NCBI GenBank assembly: GCA_964016885.1
Contig: OZ024765.1
Coordinates: forward strand, 15,252,001 to 15,316,000
Length of the DNA stretch: 64,000 nt
Direction of reading: 5' to 3'
DNA from: Eledone cirrhosa
Taxonomy: Eukaryota
The position numbers and the translations under genes are program-made. The notes beneath the pieces were generated by a model that saw only the letters and a list, made by a program, of their open reading frames with translations, made no database searches and had not been told where the DNA came from. This document shows positions 42,780-58,400 of this stretch, in pieces. Position 1 is the first letter of the stretch; every line of letters begins with the position of its first letter.

Positions 42780-43240
42780 GTGTGTGAATGTGAATGTGTG
42801 TGTTTGTGTTTTTGAATTTGTTTGTGTTTTTCAATTTGTGCGTATGTGGGTGTGTGTGAATGTGTATGTTTGTGTTTTTGAATTTGTGTGTATGTGAGTG
42901 TGTGTGAATGTGTGTGTTTGTGTTTTTGAATTTGTGTGTATGTGAGTGTGTGTGAATGTGTATGTTTGTGTTTTTGAATTTGTTTGTGTTTTTCAATTTG
43001 TGTGTATGTGAGTGTGTGTGAATGTGTATGTTTGTGTTTTTGAATTTGTGTGTATGTGAGTGTGTGTGAATGTGTATGTTTGTGTTTCTGAATTTGTTTG
43101 TGTTTTTCAATTTGTGTGTATGTGAGTGTGTGTGAATGTGTATGTTTGTGTTTTTGAATTTGTGTGTATGTGAGTGTGTGTGAATGTGTATGTTTGTGTT
43201 TTTGAATTTGTTTGTGTTTTTCAATTTGTGTGTATGTGAA
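42780..43240. repeat. TG-rich minisatellite with two alternating unit lengths
   Basis: GTGTGAATGTGTATGTTTGTGTTTTTGAATTTG repeats. Confidence 0.85.
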
Positions 43241-43817
43241 TTTCTGTTTATGTGTGTGCATGTGTGTATGTGAATTTCTATTTATGTGTGTGCATATATG
43301 TATGTACATATCTGTGTGTATGTGTATATATATGTACTTATGTGTGCCTGTGTATATATGTATGTATGTACGCATGTATGTATGCATGTATGTATTTAGT
43401 ATGTATGTACGCATGTATGTATATATGTATGTCTATATATATGCATGTATGTATATATGTACGTATGTATGCATGTGTGTATGTATGTATGCATGTATGT
43501 ATTCATGCATGTATACATATGTATGCATGTATGTATGTCGTATGTTTGTATATACATATGTCAGAGAGAGTGTTATTTTATATATGCATATATCGGTGCA
43601 TACATGTCTTGTAAGTGTGCGTGAGTGTGTGTATGGATGTGCATATGTGTGTATATATATATATATATATAGATATATATATGTGGTTATGTTCATGTAA
43701 AAATAGCTCAATACAAATTCAGCCATGTGATGTGTACATACTTTGGTGAGTTTTGTATATGTATTTCATAAGTTTTTCACTTTCCAAACTTACATGTATT
43801 TAGCACATTACCCCACC

Positions 43818-43869
<52 letters not shown>

Positions 43870-44000
43870 GAGACAATCTTACTCATGTGGTGAAGTGTGT
43901 ATATAGTCTAAATTGAAATCTATTTACTGTTCTTTATACACACGCACACGCACACACACGTACACACACACATATATATATATACGTCTGTGTGTGTACG

Positions 44001-44056
<56 letters not shown>

Positions 44057-44059
44057 ATG

Positions 44060-44094
<35 letters not shown>

Positions 44095-44215
44095 ATGTAT
44101 ATATATATATATATATATATGTGTGTGAGTGTGTGTGTGTATGTATATATATATATATATATATATGTGTGTGAGTGTGTGTATGTATGGAGATATATAT
44201 GTGTGTGTATGTATG

Positions 44216-44261
<46 letters not shown>

Positions 44262-44616
44262 TGCAAATCTTAAAGTTTCACTTAAGTAAGACTGGTCATT
44301 TGGCGATATTCACGGAACGGAAATGGCTTTCAAATGTCTAAGATGCCTTAAAAATAGCACAGCAGTGAATTTACAAATAATTCGAGCATTGTTTCTCCTT
44401 GTCAGACTTCCGTTTCTTAAAATGTCCAATCAATTTAAAACTTTGGCCTTGAGTTCGATTTCCGTTTATTATTTAATTTGCATTCCTTCCAATCATTTGG
44501 AATAAAATTCATACATATTTATCAAACAAACACGCACTTTCATATATGTAGACTCACTCCCGCTCATATAAATAGATGCACACATATACACACACACGGA
44601 CACACTCAGACGCACA

Positions 44617-44707
<91 letters not shown>

Positions 44708-44713
44708 ACACAC

Positions 44714-44804
<91 letters not shown>

Positions 44805-45012
44805 CATATAATATAGAAATGGCTTCCACAGGACTAGAACTGTTTCATTCGGGAGAAATCACGGGTTTGATCGGCGATAACCACAGTCAGTAAGGTATTC
44901 AATACATTAATAGATCGTATACAACAAATGATTTCCTTTGAGTTAAACAGTTCTAGACCTGTAGAAGCCATTTCTATATTAATATATATGAATATATATA
45001 TATATGTGAAAT

Positions 45013-45178
45013 TATGTATAGTATATTTGGCAATAATCCGTATGTTTGATTAAAAACATTTAGAAGACCATTCACTATCAGTTTTATTGCAGTGACTATG
45101 TCACTTATTTTCGGCAAAGGCAGGGAGCGAGGCTGACAGCTGTTCCTAGCTGTTTGGCGTTCATCAAAGCCACGCACT
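45013..45178 (-). repeat. Interspersed repeat, three copies (45013-45178, 46112-46270, 46413-46518)
   Basis: Shared TTAAAAACATTTAGAAGACCATTC..TATCAGTTTTA...GTCACTTATTTTCGGCAA. Confidence 0.8.
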
Positions 45179-45409
45179 CAACTATATATTATAAGGATAT
45201 ATAACGATCCTATTTTAAATGAACAGAGCCCATCGCAATTATTTCGACTTCGTGGCCTGCAGAACTGCTCGATGTCAACAGGAGAAGACAAAAATACTTG
45301 TTTCAGAGCAAACGCGCAAACGATATATTCTTCAAGAGTATGTTAACGCAGATATAACATTATACGCCGCCCCTATATATAGGTGTTTCAAAAAGACGAG
45401 GCGTGGTTG

Positions 45410-45502
<93 letters not shown>

Positions 45503-46668
45503 TATATATATATTAAAATCCAACTCCAATATATACACCAGGATGTTTTCATTCTGATGATTGAAAGCAACATTTTTTTGCTTTTAAGAAACCACTGGTA
45601 AATGAAATAATTGCCTTATGTTGTTTATTACATAACTATATATATATATATATATTTATATAAACACCCGAGCGGACCAGAACGAAAAACTTGTTGACGA
45701 AGTAAAACTCCATTGTTCTACCTTCAAAAACCGTTAACTTGCAGACCCCTGGGGTGGATTTTGTTGATTTCGGATTTACGGCAACCTAGCGGAGATATTG
45801 TGGAATACATGTGATGTATGTTATATGGTATATATTATATGTATTATGTGTTATGTATGATGTCGAGGTGACTGTTCAGGTTAGTCAAATTTTTCTTGGG
45901 TTCAGTCTTTTTCGTGGCTATGGTCACCGCGGCCCTTCTATCGGTCGCTGTCTTCATTTTGCAAAGCTGTCTAAACGTAATCTAAACTCTAGGGTTATAT
46001 ACCCTATCCGAGTGCTTAGCTGCACACCGAAACTGCATTCATTAGCTTGTTGGCTGCAACCATGGTTTCGTTGATGCTGTACTAAATTGTGTATATATAT
46101 ATATATGAAGGTATGTATAGTATATTTGGCAATATACCGTATGTTTAATTAAAAACATTTAGAAGACCATTCGCTATCAGTTTTAAAGTAGTGACAACGT
46201 CACTTATTTTCGGCAAAGGTAGGGAGAGAGGCTGACAGTCTGTTTGGCGTGTATCAAATCCACACACTCTCTAGCATTATCCGAAAATTATCGAGGTTTG
46301 ATTCTTATAGAATTCCAGTAATAATCAGAAGCCGATTATGCAGAGCGATTGCACGTCCAGCAACAATTAGGTATTAGGATTGGTGCTCTAAAATAACGAT
46401 GTATACGTGAATGTATGCATAGTATAGTTGGCAATATACTGTATGTTTAATTAAAAACATTTAGAAGACCATTCGATATCAGTTTTAAAGTAGTGACTGT
46501 GTCACTTATTTTCGGCAAGTATATATATTTATGTATATGCAAAAGTTTTATTTAAAATTGTTGGGTTACAACGAGTAAATATTTTATAACTAATATAAAG
46601 CACTCAACAAGTTTTGGAGTAGATATACGATATTAAACAAATGGAAACTATATTTATAAAACCATATT

Positions 46669-46734
46669 TATTTCATTATACATATTTCAGGGATACCATA
46701 TTAAAAATATGGCATGCCTTCTTCAGATAAAATA
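46669..46734 (-). ncRNA. Complete type I hammerhead (family C), AUA site
   Basis: uauuuuau-CUGAAGA-AGGcAUGCCAUAUU-uuu-AAUAUGGUAUcCCU-GAAA-U-augu-AUA-augaaaua. Confidence 0.8.
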
Positions 46735-46804
46735 CAATATATAAGCAGTTTTATAAATAAATTTGACGTACCATAAAATATTGATCAACTTCCATTTAAA
46801 AAAG

Positions 46805-46841
<37 letters not shown>

Positions 46842-47584
46842 TTTTTTACTCTTTTACCTCTTCCAGCCATTCGGCTGAGGCCATGTACATAACTATATAT
46901 ATATATGTGTATGTATGTAAATATATATTTATTTTCAGTACCCGCTCTATATATATTGATGATTTACTTCGAATGAAAGAGTTCTAGACCTCTAGAAGCC
47001 ATTTCTATGTCAAATTGTATATATACAATATATACATGGCTTAGTGGTTAGAGCATTGGGCTTGCAATCGAAATGTTGTGAATTCAATTCTCCGTCCGGG
47101 TGATGTGTTGTTTCCTTGAGCAAGACACTTTATTTCACGTTGCTCCAGTTTACTCAGCTGTAGAAATGAGATGATAGGGAGTGGGGTCCCTATCATTAAA
47201 TCATCCAAGACACCTCCAACGAGATATACTTTGGAGGAGGCCAGCTAAACCTACATAGGTGTGACCTGTCACACACACACAAACACAAGCACATATAATA
47301 TATTAGAGAAGAGTCGGTACTCCGAGGGCTGAACTCCGGCCGTTTCGACAGCTAGTTCGGATATTGCTGTCGAAACGGCCAGAGCTCAATCGTCGGGACT
47401 TGACTCTTTTTCTATTACCCGCCCTACTTCCCTAAGTATCGAGTACTCTGGTGCGTTATTGTCCATCTGGTTCCTTACCACACTTTCTTTGTTTATACTC
47501 GATCCTATTACCCACTCTACTACCCTAAGTATTGAGTACTTTGGTGCGTTATGGTCCACCTGGTTCCTTACCACATTTCCTTCG

Positions 47585-47638
<54 letters not shown>

Positions 47639-47806
47639 AGAACAAAAGATGGTTAAAAGAGTTCCATGTATTTTATTATGCGCATTTCAAAAACAAACAT
47701 CATCATGCAATAATATTTGTGTTTTCATCAGATAAAACAAGAAGACATGTTATGAAGGTTAAAAAACACTGCATTGCTTTATTGTACTACAATGAAACTC
47801 ACCTCC

Positions 47807-47874
<68 letters not shown>

Positions 47875-48234
47875 TGTGTGTGTTTATCCTGAGTTCAACC
47901 GGAGGTAACCACAGGAAGTAGGGTACTCAATACATAGCAGAGAATAACATTTTAATAGAGAATTTGCTTCTACAGGACTGGAACTGTCTCATGCGGAAGA
48001 AATCATTCTGATGATTGCTTACGAATGGAATAGTTCTAGTCCTGTAGAAGCCATTTGTATATTTTATATATATATATATGAGATATATATTTCTTACAAA
48101 AACAATAAGAGAGGTTATAACCATATATATATATTTATTTATGTGTTAGAGCGAGAGAGAGTGTGTGTGTGTGTGTTCGTGTGTGTGTGTGTGTGTGTGT
48201 TCGTGTGTGTGTCGGTGTATCTTTGATAATGTAC

Positions 48235-48372
48235 TTTTACTTCTAACCGTGGATTCCCAGGTGAAATTGAACTTCCTCCCAGGATGAAAGGAACTATGTC
48301 AACATCTTCAAACTGTATCTCATTATTTCCTGTAATTTCATGATTGGTCCGTTCCTGTATCTTCAAGATCGT
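48235..48372 (-). pseudogene. Decayed RTE reverse-transcriptase/thumb fragment
   Basis: GNNEIQFEDVDIVPFILGGSSIS resembles the RTE 'IEVVDxFxFLGSxI' motif. Confidence 0.5.
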
Positions 48373-48405
48373 TGTGTGTGTGTATATATACATATATATA
48401 TATAT

Positions 48406-48588
<183 letters not shown>

Positions 48589-48723
48589 TATAGAGATAGA
48601 TACATACATACAATGATGTGGTTAAAAATGTTTTTGAAGTCGGTCGTACCGAAAGTTCTATGTGTGTGTGTATATATATATTTATATATATAGAGATATG
48701 TATGTGTGTATATATATAGATAT

Positions 48724-48771
<48 letters not shown>

Positions 48772-49157
48772 GTGTATTTATATTAAAAAAATATTTGAAG
48801 CCTGTCGTACTTGAAAGTTCTACATGTATGTATGTATATATATATATATATATGTGTTTATGTATGCATGCTTGTACATATATATATGTGTGTGTCTCTG
48901 TGTATATATATATACATATATATATATGTATATATAGAGAGATATGTATATATGTATGTGTGTATATATATATATATGGGTGTATGTATATATGTATGTG
49001 TGCGTATATGTGGGTGTATGTATGTGTATACATGAGTTTATGTAGATGTGTGTGTATATATATATATGGTTATATAGTATGTGTCTATATGCTTGTATCT
49101 ATATATGTGTGTGCCTGTATGTGCATATGTATATGTGTGTGTGTATATGATAGTGTA

Positions 49158-49224
<67 letters not shown>

Positions 49225-49940
49225 ATATATTTGTGCTTGTTCGTATATATATATATATATATGTGTGCTTATGTATATGTTCGTGTGTGTATGCATATGT
49301 GTCTGTGTGCCTATGTATATATTTGTGTATGTGTATGTGTGTATATATGTGTATGTGAGTTTGTGTATTTATGTCTGTTAGTATTCTTCTATTCATATTA
49401 GTCTATGTGCATACCTTGTTGTTGCTGGTCCTCCGTCAGTCCCGAGGAAGAGTGTGGTAGTAGTCAGATCAACAAAAGCGGCTGCAAGTGGCAATTATTT
49501 CACAGACACGAGTACTCTTAAAGTTATTCTTATTGACGTGGCACAGCAGAGCTATAAAGTAACATCTACTCTAAGATTTTGAATGATCGTCTCCCCTCCC
49601 GCTTATTAGTTTTTCAGATCCCCTCCCCTACGTTTTTTTTTACAACACACTCACCCCATGCTCATTAAATTTTGCTAATCTAGCTCCGGGGAAATGTTAT
49701 TGGAAGTGATTCATATTGATACAGCAGGCGCTAGAGGACAAAGATAGAGTACAAACATAGTTAGACTCAAGCAGGAACACACACACCAAACAGGAAACAC
49801 ACACGCTAACGCATGCGCAAAGACAGAGATAAGAATAAATAAATAAATGAAATAAAATGGCGTAGGCATTACAATACAATAGGAGGAAACATAATAGTAC
49901 CACTGATGATGTTGCAGATGTGCGACGAAAGAACTTTGAT

Positions 49941-49993
<53 letters not shown>

Positions 49994-50281
49994 GCCGTAA
50001 AATAAGAAAAAGTTTAAGAATTAAAAATTAACTTACTTACTAAAGAGTGAAGGCGTGTGGCTGAGTGGTTAGAGAATTGGATTCGCAATCGTAAGGTTGT
50101 GAGTTCGATTCCTGGACCAGGCGATGCGTTATGTCCTTGAGCAAGACACTTTATTTCACGTTGCTCCTTCTACCTGGAGTTGCGACCGATAGATAGTATT
50201 AGCAATTGGAAAGACCAACGGAAACATTGTTCCCTCGGTCCGATTTGACGAAAGTCGATCGTTCCTACTATATATATAGTC

Positions 50282-50420
50282 TATCATCGTAGTGGACTAT
50301 TGTATGCGCCTTGCACTGGAGAAACACCAGGACTCTGGCTTTACTGTAGCACCGGCTCAGAGCAGGAGAGTTAAGGCTAATAAGATATCAGATGCTGAAT
50401 TTGCCGACGACATAGTTTTG
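50282..50420 (+). pseudogene. RTE reverse-transcriptase fragment (catalytic FADD)
   Basis: IVVDYCMRLAL...SRRVKANKISDAEFADDIVL. Confidence 0.8.
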
Positions 50421-51035
50421 GAGACGTCCCCTATCCCCCCCCCCCCCCACACACACACATCTAACTCCCCCTCCCCGTGTAACCCCCCCATCTCTCACCC
50501 CCTCTCATTCACCCTCACCCTCTCTCAACCCCATCACCCACTCTCCCTCTTCTACCTATCTTTCCTGCTCTCAGTGCACTAACATTTACCCCTCTATCTC
50601 TCTCACACACTCCCTCTCTCCCACTCTCTCTATCTTTCTCTCTCTCCCTCACTTATTACACTTTCACTCTATCTCTCTCCCTCCCCCAGTCTACCTGTTA
50701 TCTAATAATCCTTCGTGCTCCTCCCCCTACACTCCCCCTACATTATGTCTCTTTCTTTCAACACTTCCGCATCAAGAAATCTATTAATTTTTTTCGGTCA
50801 CATGACACTACATATTTTACAGTTCTAACGATGTGTGTGTGTGTGTGTGTGTGTATGTGTGTGCGTGTGTGTGTGTATGTTTATGTATATAGGTGTGTGA
50901 GTGTGTGTGTGTGTATATATGTATGTATGTGATGTTTGGAATATCAAAAAACAAAAAGCAGACAAACGCTGGATATATATATATAGATATAGCCGGCGAA
51001 ACGGCTTGAGCACTGCCGTCGGGGTCATACTTTTT

Positions 51036-51074
<39 letters not shown>

Positions 51075-51468
51075 TCATCTGATTGCATATATATCCTTTT
51101 CTCTCCCCCCTTTATCTTTCTGTCGGCCTCTCTCTCTATATATATACATATATATACACACATATATGTATATGTGTATATAGATATATATATATATATA
51201 TACGATTATATATATAAGTATGAGTATATGAATATATATATATATATATAAAGATATGAGTATATATATATATATAAAGATATGAGTATATATAAAGATA
51301 TGAGTCTATATATATATGTATGTGTGTGTGTGTGGGTGATTGTGTGTATATATATGTGTATATACACGTATATGTGTGTAGTTTTAAAAAATTATTAAGT
51401 ATAAAGACGGATCAAGTAAAAGAGAGAAAAGAAGGCGATATAAATAAAAGTATGATTATCGAAGGTAA

Positions 51469-51501
<33 letters not shown>

Positions 51502-51507
51502 TGCATG

Positions 51508-51564
<57 letters not shown>

Positions 51565-51645
51565 GTGTGTATATATATATGTATGTATAGGTATATATAT
51601 AGATATATATATGTATATATATATGTGTATATATATATATATGTG

Positions 51646-51678
<33 letters not shown>

Positions 51679-51781
51679 GTATATGTATATATATATGTGT
51701 ATATATATATGTGTATATATATGTATATATATATATATGTATATGTATATATATATTTATAAATATATATATATATGTATG

Positions 51782-51853
<72 letters not shown>

Positions 51854-51854
51854 A

Positions 51855-51908
<54 letters not shown>

Positions 51909-52296
51909 GGAGCAAGATAAGGTGTTATGGTTTCAACTGAAGAAGTTGCTCTATTTTTAAACACTCCTTTATGTCATGTTATCCAACATGACTCTGGTTA
52001 CCTGTGATGAGATTAGACTCGTTCCTTAATCCACGTAATTCTTATGTACCTGTGTGTACATGTAGGTAGGTAAGTGTGAATGTATTTACGTATGTTTTCA
52101 CATATGTATCTGTGTGCTAGTGTGTATAGTTTGTATGTATGTATGTATGTATGTATGTATGTATGTATGTATGTATGTGATTCGTCAAGTGTATTTTCGT
52201 ACATGCACATGAACATATTTATCATGTATGTACACGCATGCATATATATATATATATATATACATGTATATATATATATATATAGATATATACATG

Positions 52297-52354
<58 letters not shown>

Positions 52355-52489
52355 TATATATATATATATATATATATACATGTGTATATATATATATATA
52401 TATATACATGTGTATATATATATTTATATATTTATATACATGTATATATATATTTATACATATACATGTATATATATATATAAATATAT

Positions 52490-52580
<91 letters not shown>

Positions 52581-52689
52581 CATACATATATATACACACA
52601 CACAAACATATATATATATATTTATAAATGTATTTATGCATATATGCATACAGTTATATATTTATAAGCGTGATTATATAGGCATGAAC

Positions 52690-52743
<54 letters not shown>

Positions 52744-53077
52744 CACAAATGTCTATAAATATATATATATGTAGACACTTGTGATGTGTAGATAAGTTTA
52801 GAAGTAAAATGGGTTTACAATCATCTACGTACGTCAGTAAGTATACAAACACACACACATACATGCATACACATACACACACACACATACATACACGGAT
52901 CGCACATATACACACACATACTGCACCCACACACACACTCATACACAGTTACACTCACAGAGACTTACTCACTCCCACCCGCATACTCACTCAACCCCAC
53001 CCACCCACGATAAGGGTGTTATCCAGTTCATGTTAGTTAAAAATACTACCCGAAAATTTAGTTGGAATCGAGTTACA

Positions 53078-53785
53078 GGAGGTGTTAATATAAATTGATA
53101 CATGAAGGAATTCATACCGAAATGGATGTATAAATATTTGAAAATGAGGCTGTAACGCTAAGAAGACTCGTTTCTACATTAAGCACAAGGCCAGCAAATT
53201 ACCCAGTTTATTACTGGTATTTTACGGGCGGTGTTAATATAAATTGATACATGAAGGAAATCATACAGAAATGGATGTATAAATATTTGAAAATGAGGCT
53301 GTAACGTTGAGAAGACTCGTTTCTACATTAAGCACAAGGCCAGCAAATTACTCAGTGTATTACTGGTACTTTACGGGAGGTGCTAATATAAATTGATACA
53401 TGAAGGAAATCATACCGAAATGGATGTATAAATATTTGAAAATTAGGCTGTATCGTTGAGAAGACTCGTTTCTACATTAAGCACAAGGCCAGCAATTTTG
53501 AAGGAGTGTAAAGTTAATTAAATTTGCCTCAGTGCATTACTGGTACTTTACGGGAGGTGTTAATATAAATTGTTACATGAAGGAAATCATACAGAAATGG
53601 ATGTATAAATATTTGAAAATGAGGCTGTAACGTTCAGAAGACTCGTTTCTACTTCTGGCACAAGGCCAGCAATAAAATTCAGTGTATTACTGGTACTTTA
53701 TTTTAGCGACCCTGTAATAATTGTTTCTACTTTTGGCACAAGGCCAGCAAATAATCCAGTGAATTACTGGTACTTTATTTCGTTG
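53078..53785. repeat. Tandem array (~150-175-bp unit, 4 copies) of unique sequence plus SINE tail
   Basis: GGTG(T/C)TAATATAAATTG.TACATGAAGGAA... at ~53081, 53230, 53379 and 53556. Confidence 0.9.
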
Positions 53786-54499
53786 ACGTAATAATAGATA
53801 GATACACACACAAACACGTATATATATATAGTTTAGGGATTGTAACGTCCAGTTATTTTCGGTGCACCCCTAGTTAGCACTCGACGCATAGCTTCCAGGA
53901 TTCGATTCCTGGGTTGTGTTGTCTTCCTGAGCAAAGCACGTCATTTCACGTTGCGCCAGTATACTCAGCTGAAAGTGACTACCAGCAATAGCTGGAGGTT
54001 TAACCCTGCGATGGACTGGTGTCCTGTCCAGGGGGTAGTCTTGTACTCTCTGTCACTTCACGCCATGAAACCGGGATAAGCACCGGTCAAATGAGTCTTC
54101 TGGCTTAAGACAGACTTTAATCCTGCAATGGACTGGTGTCCTGTCCAGGGGTGAGTCTTGTACTCTCATTTACTTCACGCCATGAAACCGGGACAAGCAC
54201 CGGTCAAATGAGTCTTCTGGCTTAAAACAGACTTTAATCCTGCATTGGACTGGTGTCCTGTCCAGGGGGGAGTCTTGTACTCTCATTTACTTCACGCCAT
54301 GAAACCGGGATAAGCACCGGCCAAATGAGCCTTCTGGCTTAAGACAGACTTTAGACTTATGTGGCGGCACGTGGCCTTGTGGTAAGGGTGTTGAACATAC
54401 AACCATATCAGAAAAGTGTATTACGGTTATTAAAAAAATTCTAAAATAAGCCTACAAGGTAAACATTGAAAACGGTCATCGCGAGACACTCTGACAGGT

Positions 54500-54546
54500 A
54501 TGGCGGCCCGGCTTATGGCCCGCGGGCCGGCTAATGCACGCCCCTG
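54500..54546 (-). mobile_element. hAT/Charlie-type MITE terminus
   Basis: Minus strand CAGGGGCGTGCA...GGCCCGCGGGCC, typical of Charlie-family ends; partner terminus not identified. Confidence 0.5.
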
Positions 54547-54899
54547 CCCTATAATAATTATTTTCAATTGATTGGCGGTATCGGTAGAGGGTCAGTCGCC
54601 ATGCTTTGACGTTACGGCCCTGGGTCATTCTGAGTTCAAATCCCGCCGAGGTTAACTTTACCTTCCCTCCTTCGGGGTCGATAAAATAAAGTACCAGTAA
54701 TGCACTGCGGTTATTGCTGGCCTTGTGCCAAAAGTATAAACAATTATTTTCAATCAGAACTGGCAGTAAGTCTTAGCCCCCTATTTTAGCAAACTAAATC
54801 GTCCCCTCCCCTACCACCATCATACTAGCAGTGTTGTGTACCAGCTAGCTCCCTCCTCCCGCTATAACATCCTCACCACCACGCTACCACTACAAAAAC

Positions 54900-55585
54900 T
54901 ATCACCGCTTCCACCACCACACCACCACCACACCACCACCACCACCACCACCACAACAACACGACCACACCACCACCACACCACTACTACCACACCACCA
55001 TGACAACACCACCACCACCACACCACCACAACCACACCACCACCTCAACCACACCACCAAACCACCACCACACCACCACACCACTACTACCACACCAGCA
55101 CACCACACCACCACACCACCACCACCACCACCACACCACCGCAACCACACCACCACCTCAACCACACCACCACACCACCACACCACTACTACCACACCAG
55201 CACACCACACCACCACACCACCACCACCACCATCACCACCGCCACCACACCACTACGCCACCACACCACTACTACCACACCACCACACCACCACAATCAC
55301 CACACCACCACTACCACACCACCACCACACCACCACCACCACACTACCACATCATCACTACCACACCACCACCACCACACCACCACCGCACCACCACACC
55401 ACTACTACCACACCACCACTACCACACCACTACTACCACACCACACCACCACCACTATCACCACCACACTACCACACCACCACTACTACCACACCACTAC
55501 TACCACACCACTACTACCACACCACCATCACCACACCACCACCACACCACCACCACACCACCACCACCACCAACAACAACAACAA
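54900..55585. repeat. (CCA)/(CCACA) low-complexity tract
   Basis: Direct. Confidence 0.95.
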
Positions 55586-55862
55586 CTCTGTCATCTAATC
55601 GTGTCTTCTATTCCTATGAAATGTGACGACACTCAGATAAAATTAGATGAAACTGAAAAGACGAACAAAAAAAAAACTCGGTGAACATTTTTGTTGAAAG
55701 CATTTCACTGATATATCTGTGACACGTGGTAGTGGTGGGGACACACACACACACTTACACACACATATATAGGTATATGTATATATATATATATGTGTAT
55801 ATATGTATATATATATGTGTATATATATATATATGTATATATATATATGTATATATATGTGC

Positions 55863-55951
<89 letters not shown>

Positions 55952-56082
55952 TGTATATATATGTATATGTATGTATATGTGTATATATGTATATATTTAT
56001 ATATATATATATGTGTGTCAGTGAAATGTATGTGTATATGTGTGTATGTATGCATGTGTATGTATGTGTATATGTGTGTTTG

Positions 56083-56154
<72 letters not shown>

Positions 56155-56494
56155 CAGACACATATACATATACACACACATACATATACACACAAATACA
56201 CACATATACACAGATACATACATACACAAATGTACAGATACACACACTCATACATACACAAATGTACAGATACACACACTCATACATACACACGCTCACA
56301 TACACACACACATGTACGGAGATACAAACTAACACACACTCACGGACACACATATACACACACACTTACATGCAGACGTTCACACACACACACATACATA
56401 CACACGTACACAGACAGATCGAAATACACACGCTCACAGTCTCAGACACATGCACACAGACATACACATATTCACATACACACACAGGGACACA

Positions 56495-56546
<52 letters not shown>

Positions 56547-56872
56547 CAATATTGTTGAACAAAAAGGTGACGTGGTTGTCTAAACACTGTACGGCGTAAT
56601 TCGGGCTGTTTGTTTGTTTACAAACAAGCAAACCGAGCATTATAATAAATGTTCGGTAAACCGATACGTGCATATATATATGTGTGTGCATGTATGTATA
56701 TATATACATACTACTGTACGTCTGTATACATATATGTATGTACGTATACATACATACATACTCACATTTAAGTAAGTGCCGTACTAAGAGTGAGAAATGA
56801 AATTTCGTTTCATTCTATTCCATTTATATACAATATATTAATAAATGGGAACTATATTTATAAAACCATAAT

Positions 56873-56937
56873 TATTTTATTATATATATTTCAAGAGCAA
56901 CCAAGGCAATTTTGGTGCGCTTTCATCAGATAAAATA
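56873..56937 (-). ncRNA. Complete type I hammerhead (family C), AUA site
   Basis: Stem I UAUUUUAU/AUAAAAUA (8 bp), CUGAUGA, stem II AAG-c-GCA-CCAA/UUGG-u-UGC-u-CUU, GAAA, 2-bp stem III within palindromic UAUAUA. Confidence 0.8.
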
Positions 56938-57325
56938 CAAAATATGTTTTATAAATGTTGACATACCCGTAGAAAAACAACCTTGACGGTTGTAGGTTCG
57001 CTGGATAGTTTCCATTTATTAATATATTGAATATTTACTGTAGTTAACTGTTGAGTACTTTATAATAGTTATAACACTTTTAAGCTTGTTGAATCCCAAC
57101 ATATTAAATATAACTGCTGCATATATATATATATTTAATACATTATGAAGAGAGAAGAAACATTAGATATAATTAATAATAAGATATATCATACCCAAAC
57201 TGCTTCTTTAGTTATTCGTAGAGCAACATCGGTTGAGGTTGGTACGACTAACTCAAGGATATATGTGGATATATTCATGTGTATGTATCTGTCCGCATGT
57301 ATCTGTGTGTTTCTCTATATATTGG

Positions 57326-57361
<36 letters not shown>

Positions 57362-57363
<2 letters not shown>

Positions 57364-57546
57364 TCAGTGCTCCTTTGGGAGTCCCTACATGGACACACTA
57401 GAAGAGGAAGACCAAGCTTAACGTATGTTGATGCCCTAAGGACAGACACTGGTCTGTTGGAGACGCAGGGCATGGCAGCGATAATGAGGGACAGAGACCG
57501 CTGGAGAGAACTCGTCCATGGATCTCGGGAATTTTACCCGCCTTAG
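57362..57546 (+). pseudogene. RTE 3' ORF end
   Basis: VLLWESLHGHTRRGRPSLTYVDALRTDTGL...MRDRDRWR. Confidence 0.85.
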
Positions 57547-57590
<44 letters not shown>

Positions 57591-57726
57591 AGTAAGTTCC
57601 TTATAGAACAGCGAGCGAATTTTAAATTAGAAATAGAAGCTTTCGCCGTATTTCCTTTTACTATAGGAATTTAGTAATAATATATAGTATTGAAAATACA
57701 AATAAAATACAGAGTTACTAACTCAT

Positions 57727-58400
57727 ATTTGTTTCTATTTTAGGCACAAGGCCAGCAATTACTCAGTGCATTACTGGTACTTTATTTTATCGACCCCGTA
57801 ATAATTGTTTCTACTTTAGGCACAAGGCCAGCAATTACCAGTTCATTACTGGTACTTTATTTTATCTACCCCGTAAGGATGAAAGGCAAAGTTAACCTCG
57901 ACAGGATTTGAACTCAGACCGTAAAGGGACGTAACTATGCTGGAAAGCATGGCGTCCGACCCTCTACCGATACTGCCAATCCACTAACTCATATTGATAC
58001 CCTGTAATTAACTGTTTCTACTTTTGGCACAAGGCCAGCAAATACCCAGTGCATTACTGGTACTTTATTTTATCGACCCCGTAAGGATTAAAGGCAAAGT
58101 CAACCTCGACGGGATTTGAACTCAGACCGTAAAGGGACGTAACTATGCTGGAAAGCATGGCGTCCGACTCTCTCTCTACCCTGTAATTAACAAGCTCAAA
58201 GTATAAATACTGAGCATTGGTGGATTGGCAGTATCGATAGAAGGTCGGACATGTTTTCCATCATAGTTACCTCCCTTTACGATCAGAGCTCAAATCCCGC
58301 CGAGCCTAACTTTGCCTTTCATCCTTACAGAGGTCGATAAAATAAAGTACCAGTGACGGTATTTGCTGGCCTTGTGCCAAAAGTAGAAACAATTATTATT
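57727..58400. mobile_element. OK-like SINE cluster (minus copies 57727-58175, plus copy 58218-58400)
   Basis: Family consensus matches. Confidence 0.9.

Noticed and set aside
46163-46218. Duplicated exon (RPFAISFKVVTTSLIFGK)
   Set aside because: The three copies differ mainly at non-synonymous sites and the donor is not conserved; it behaves like a non-coding repeat.
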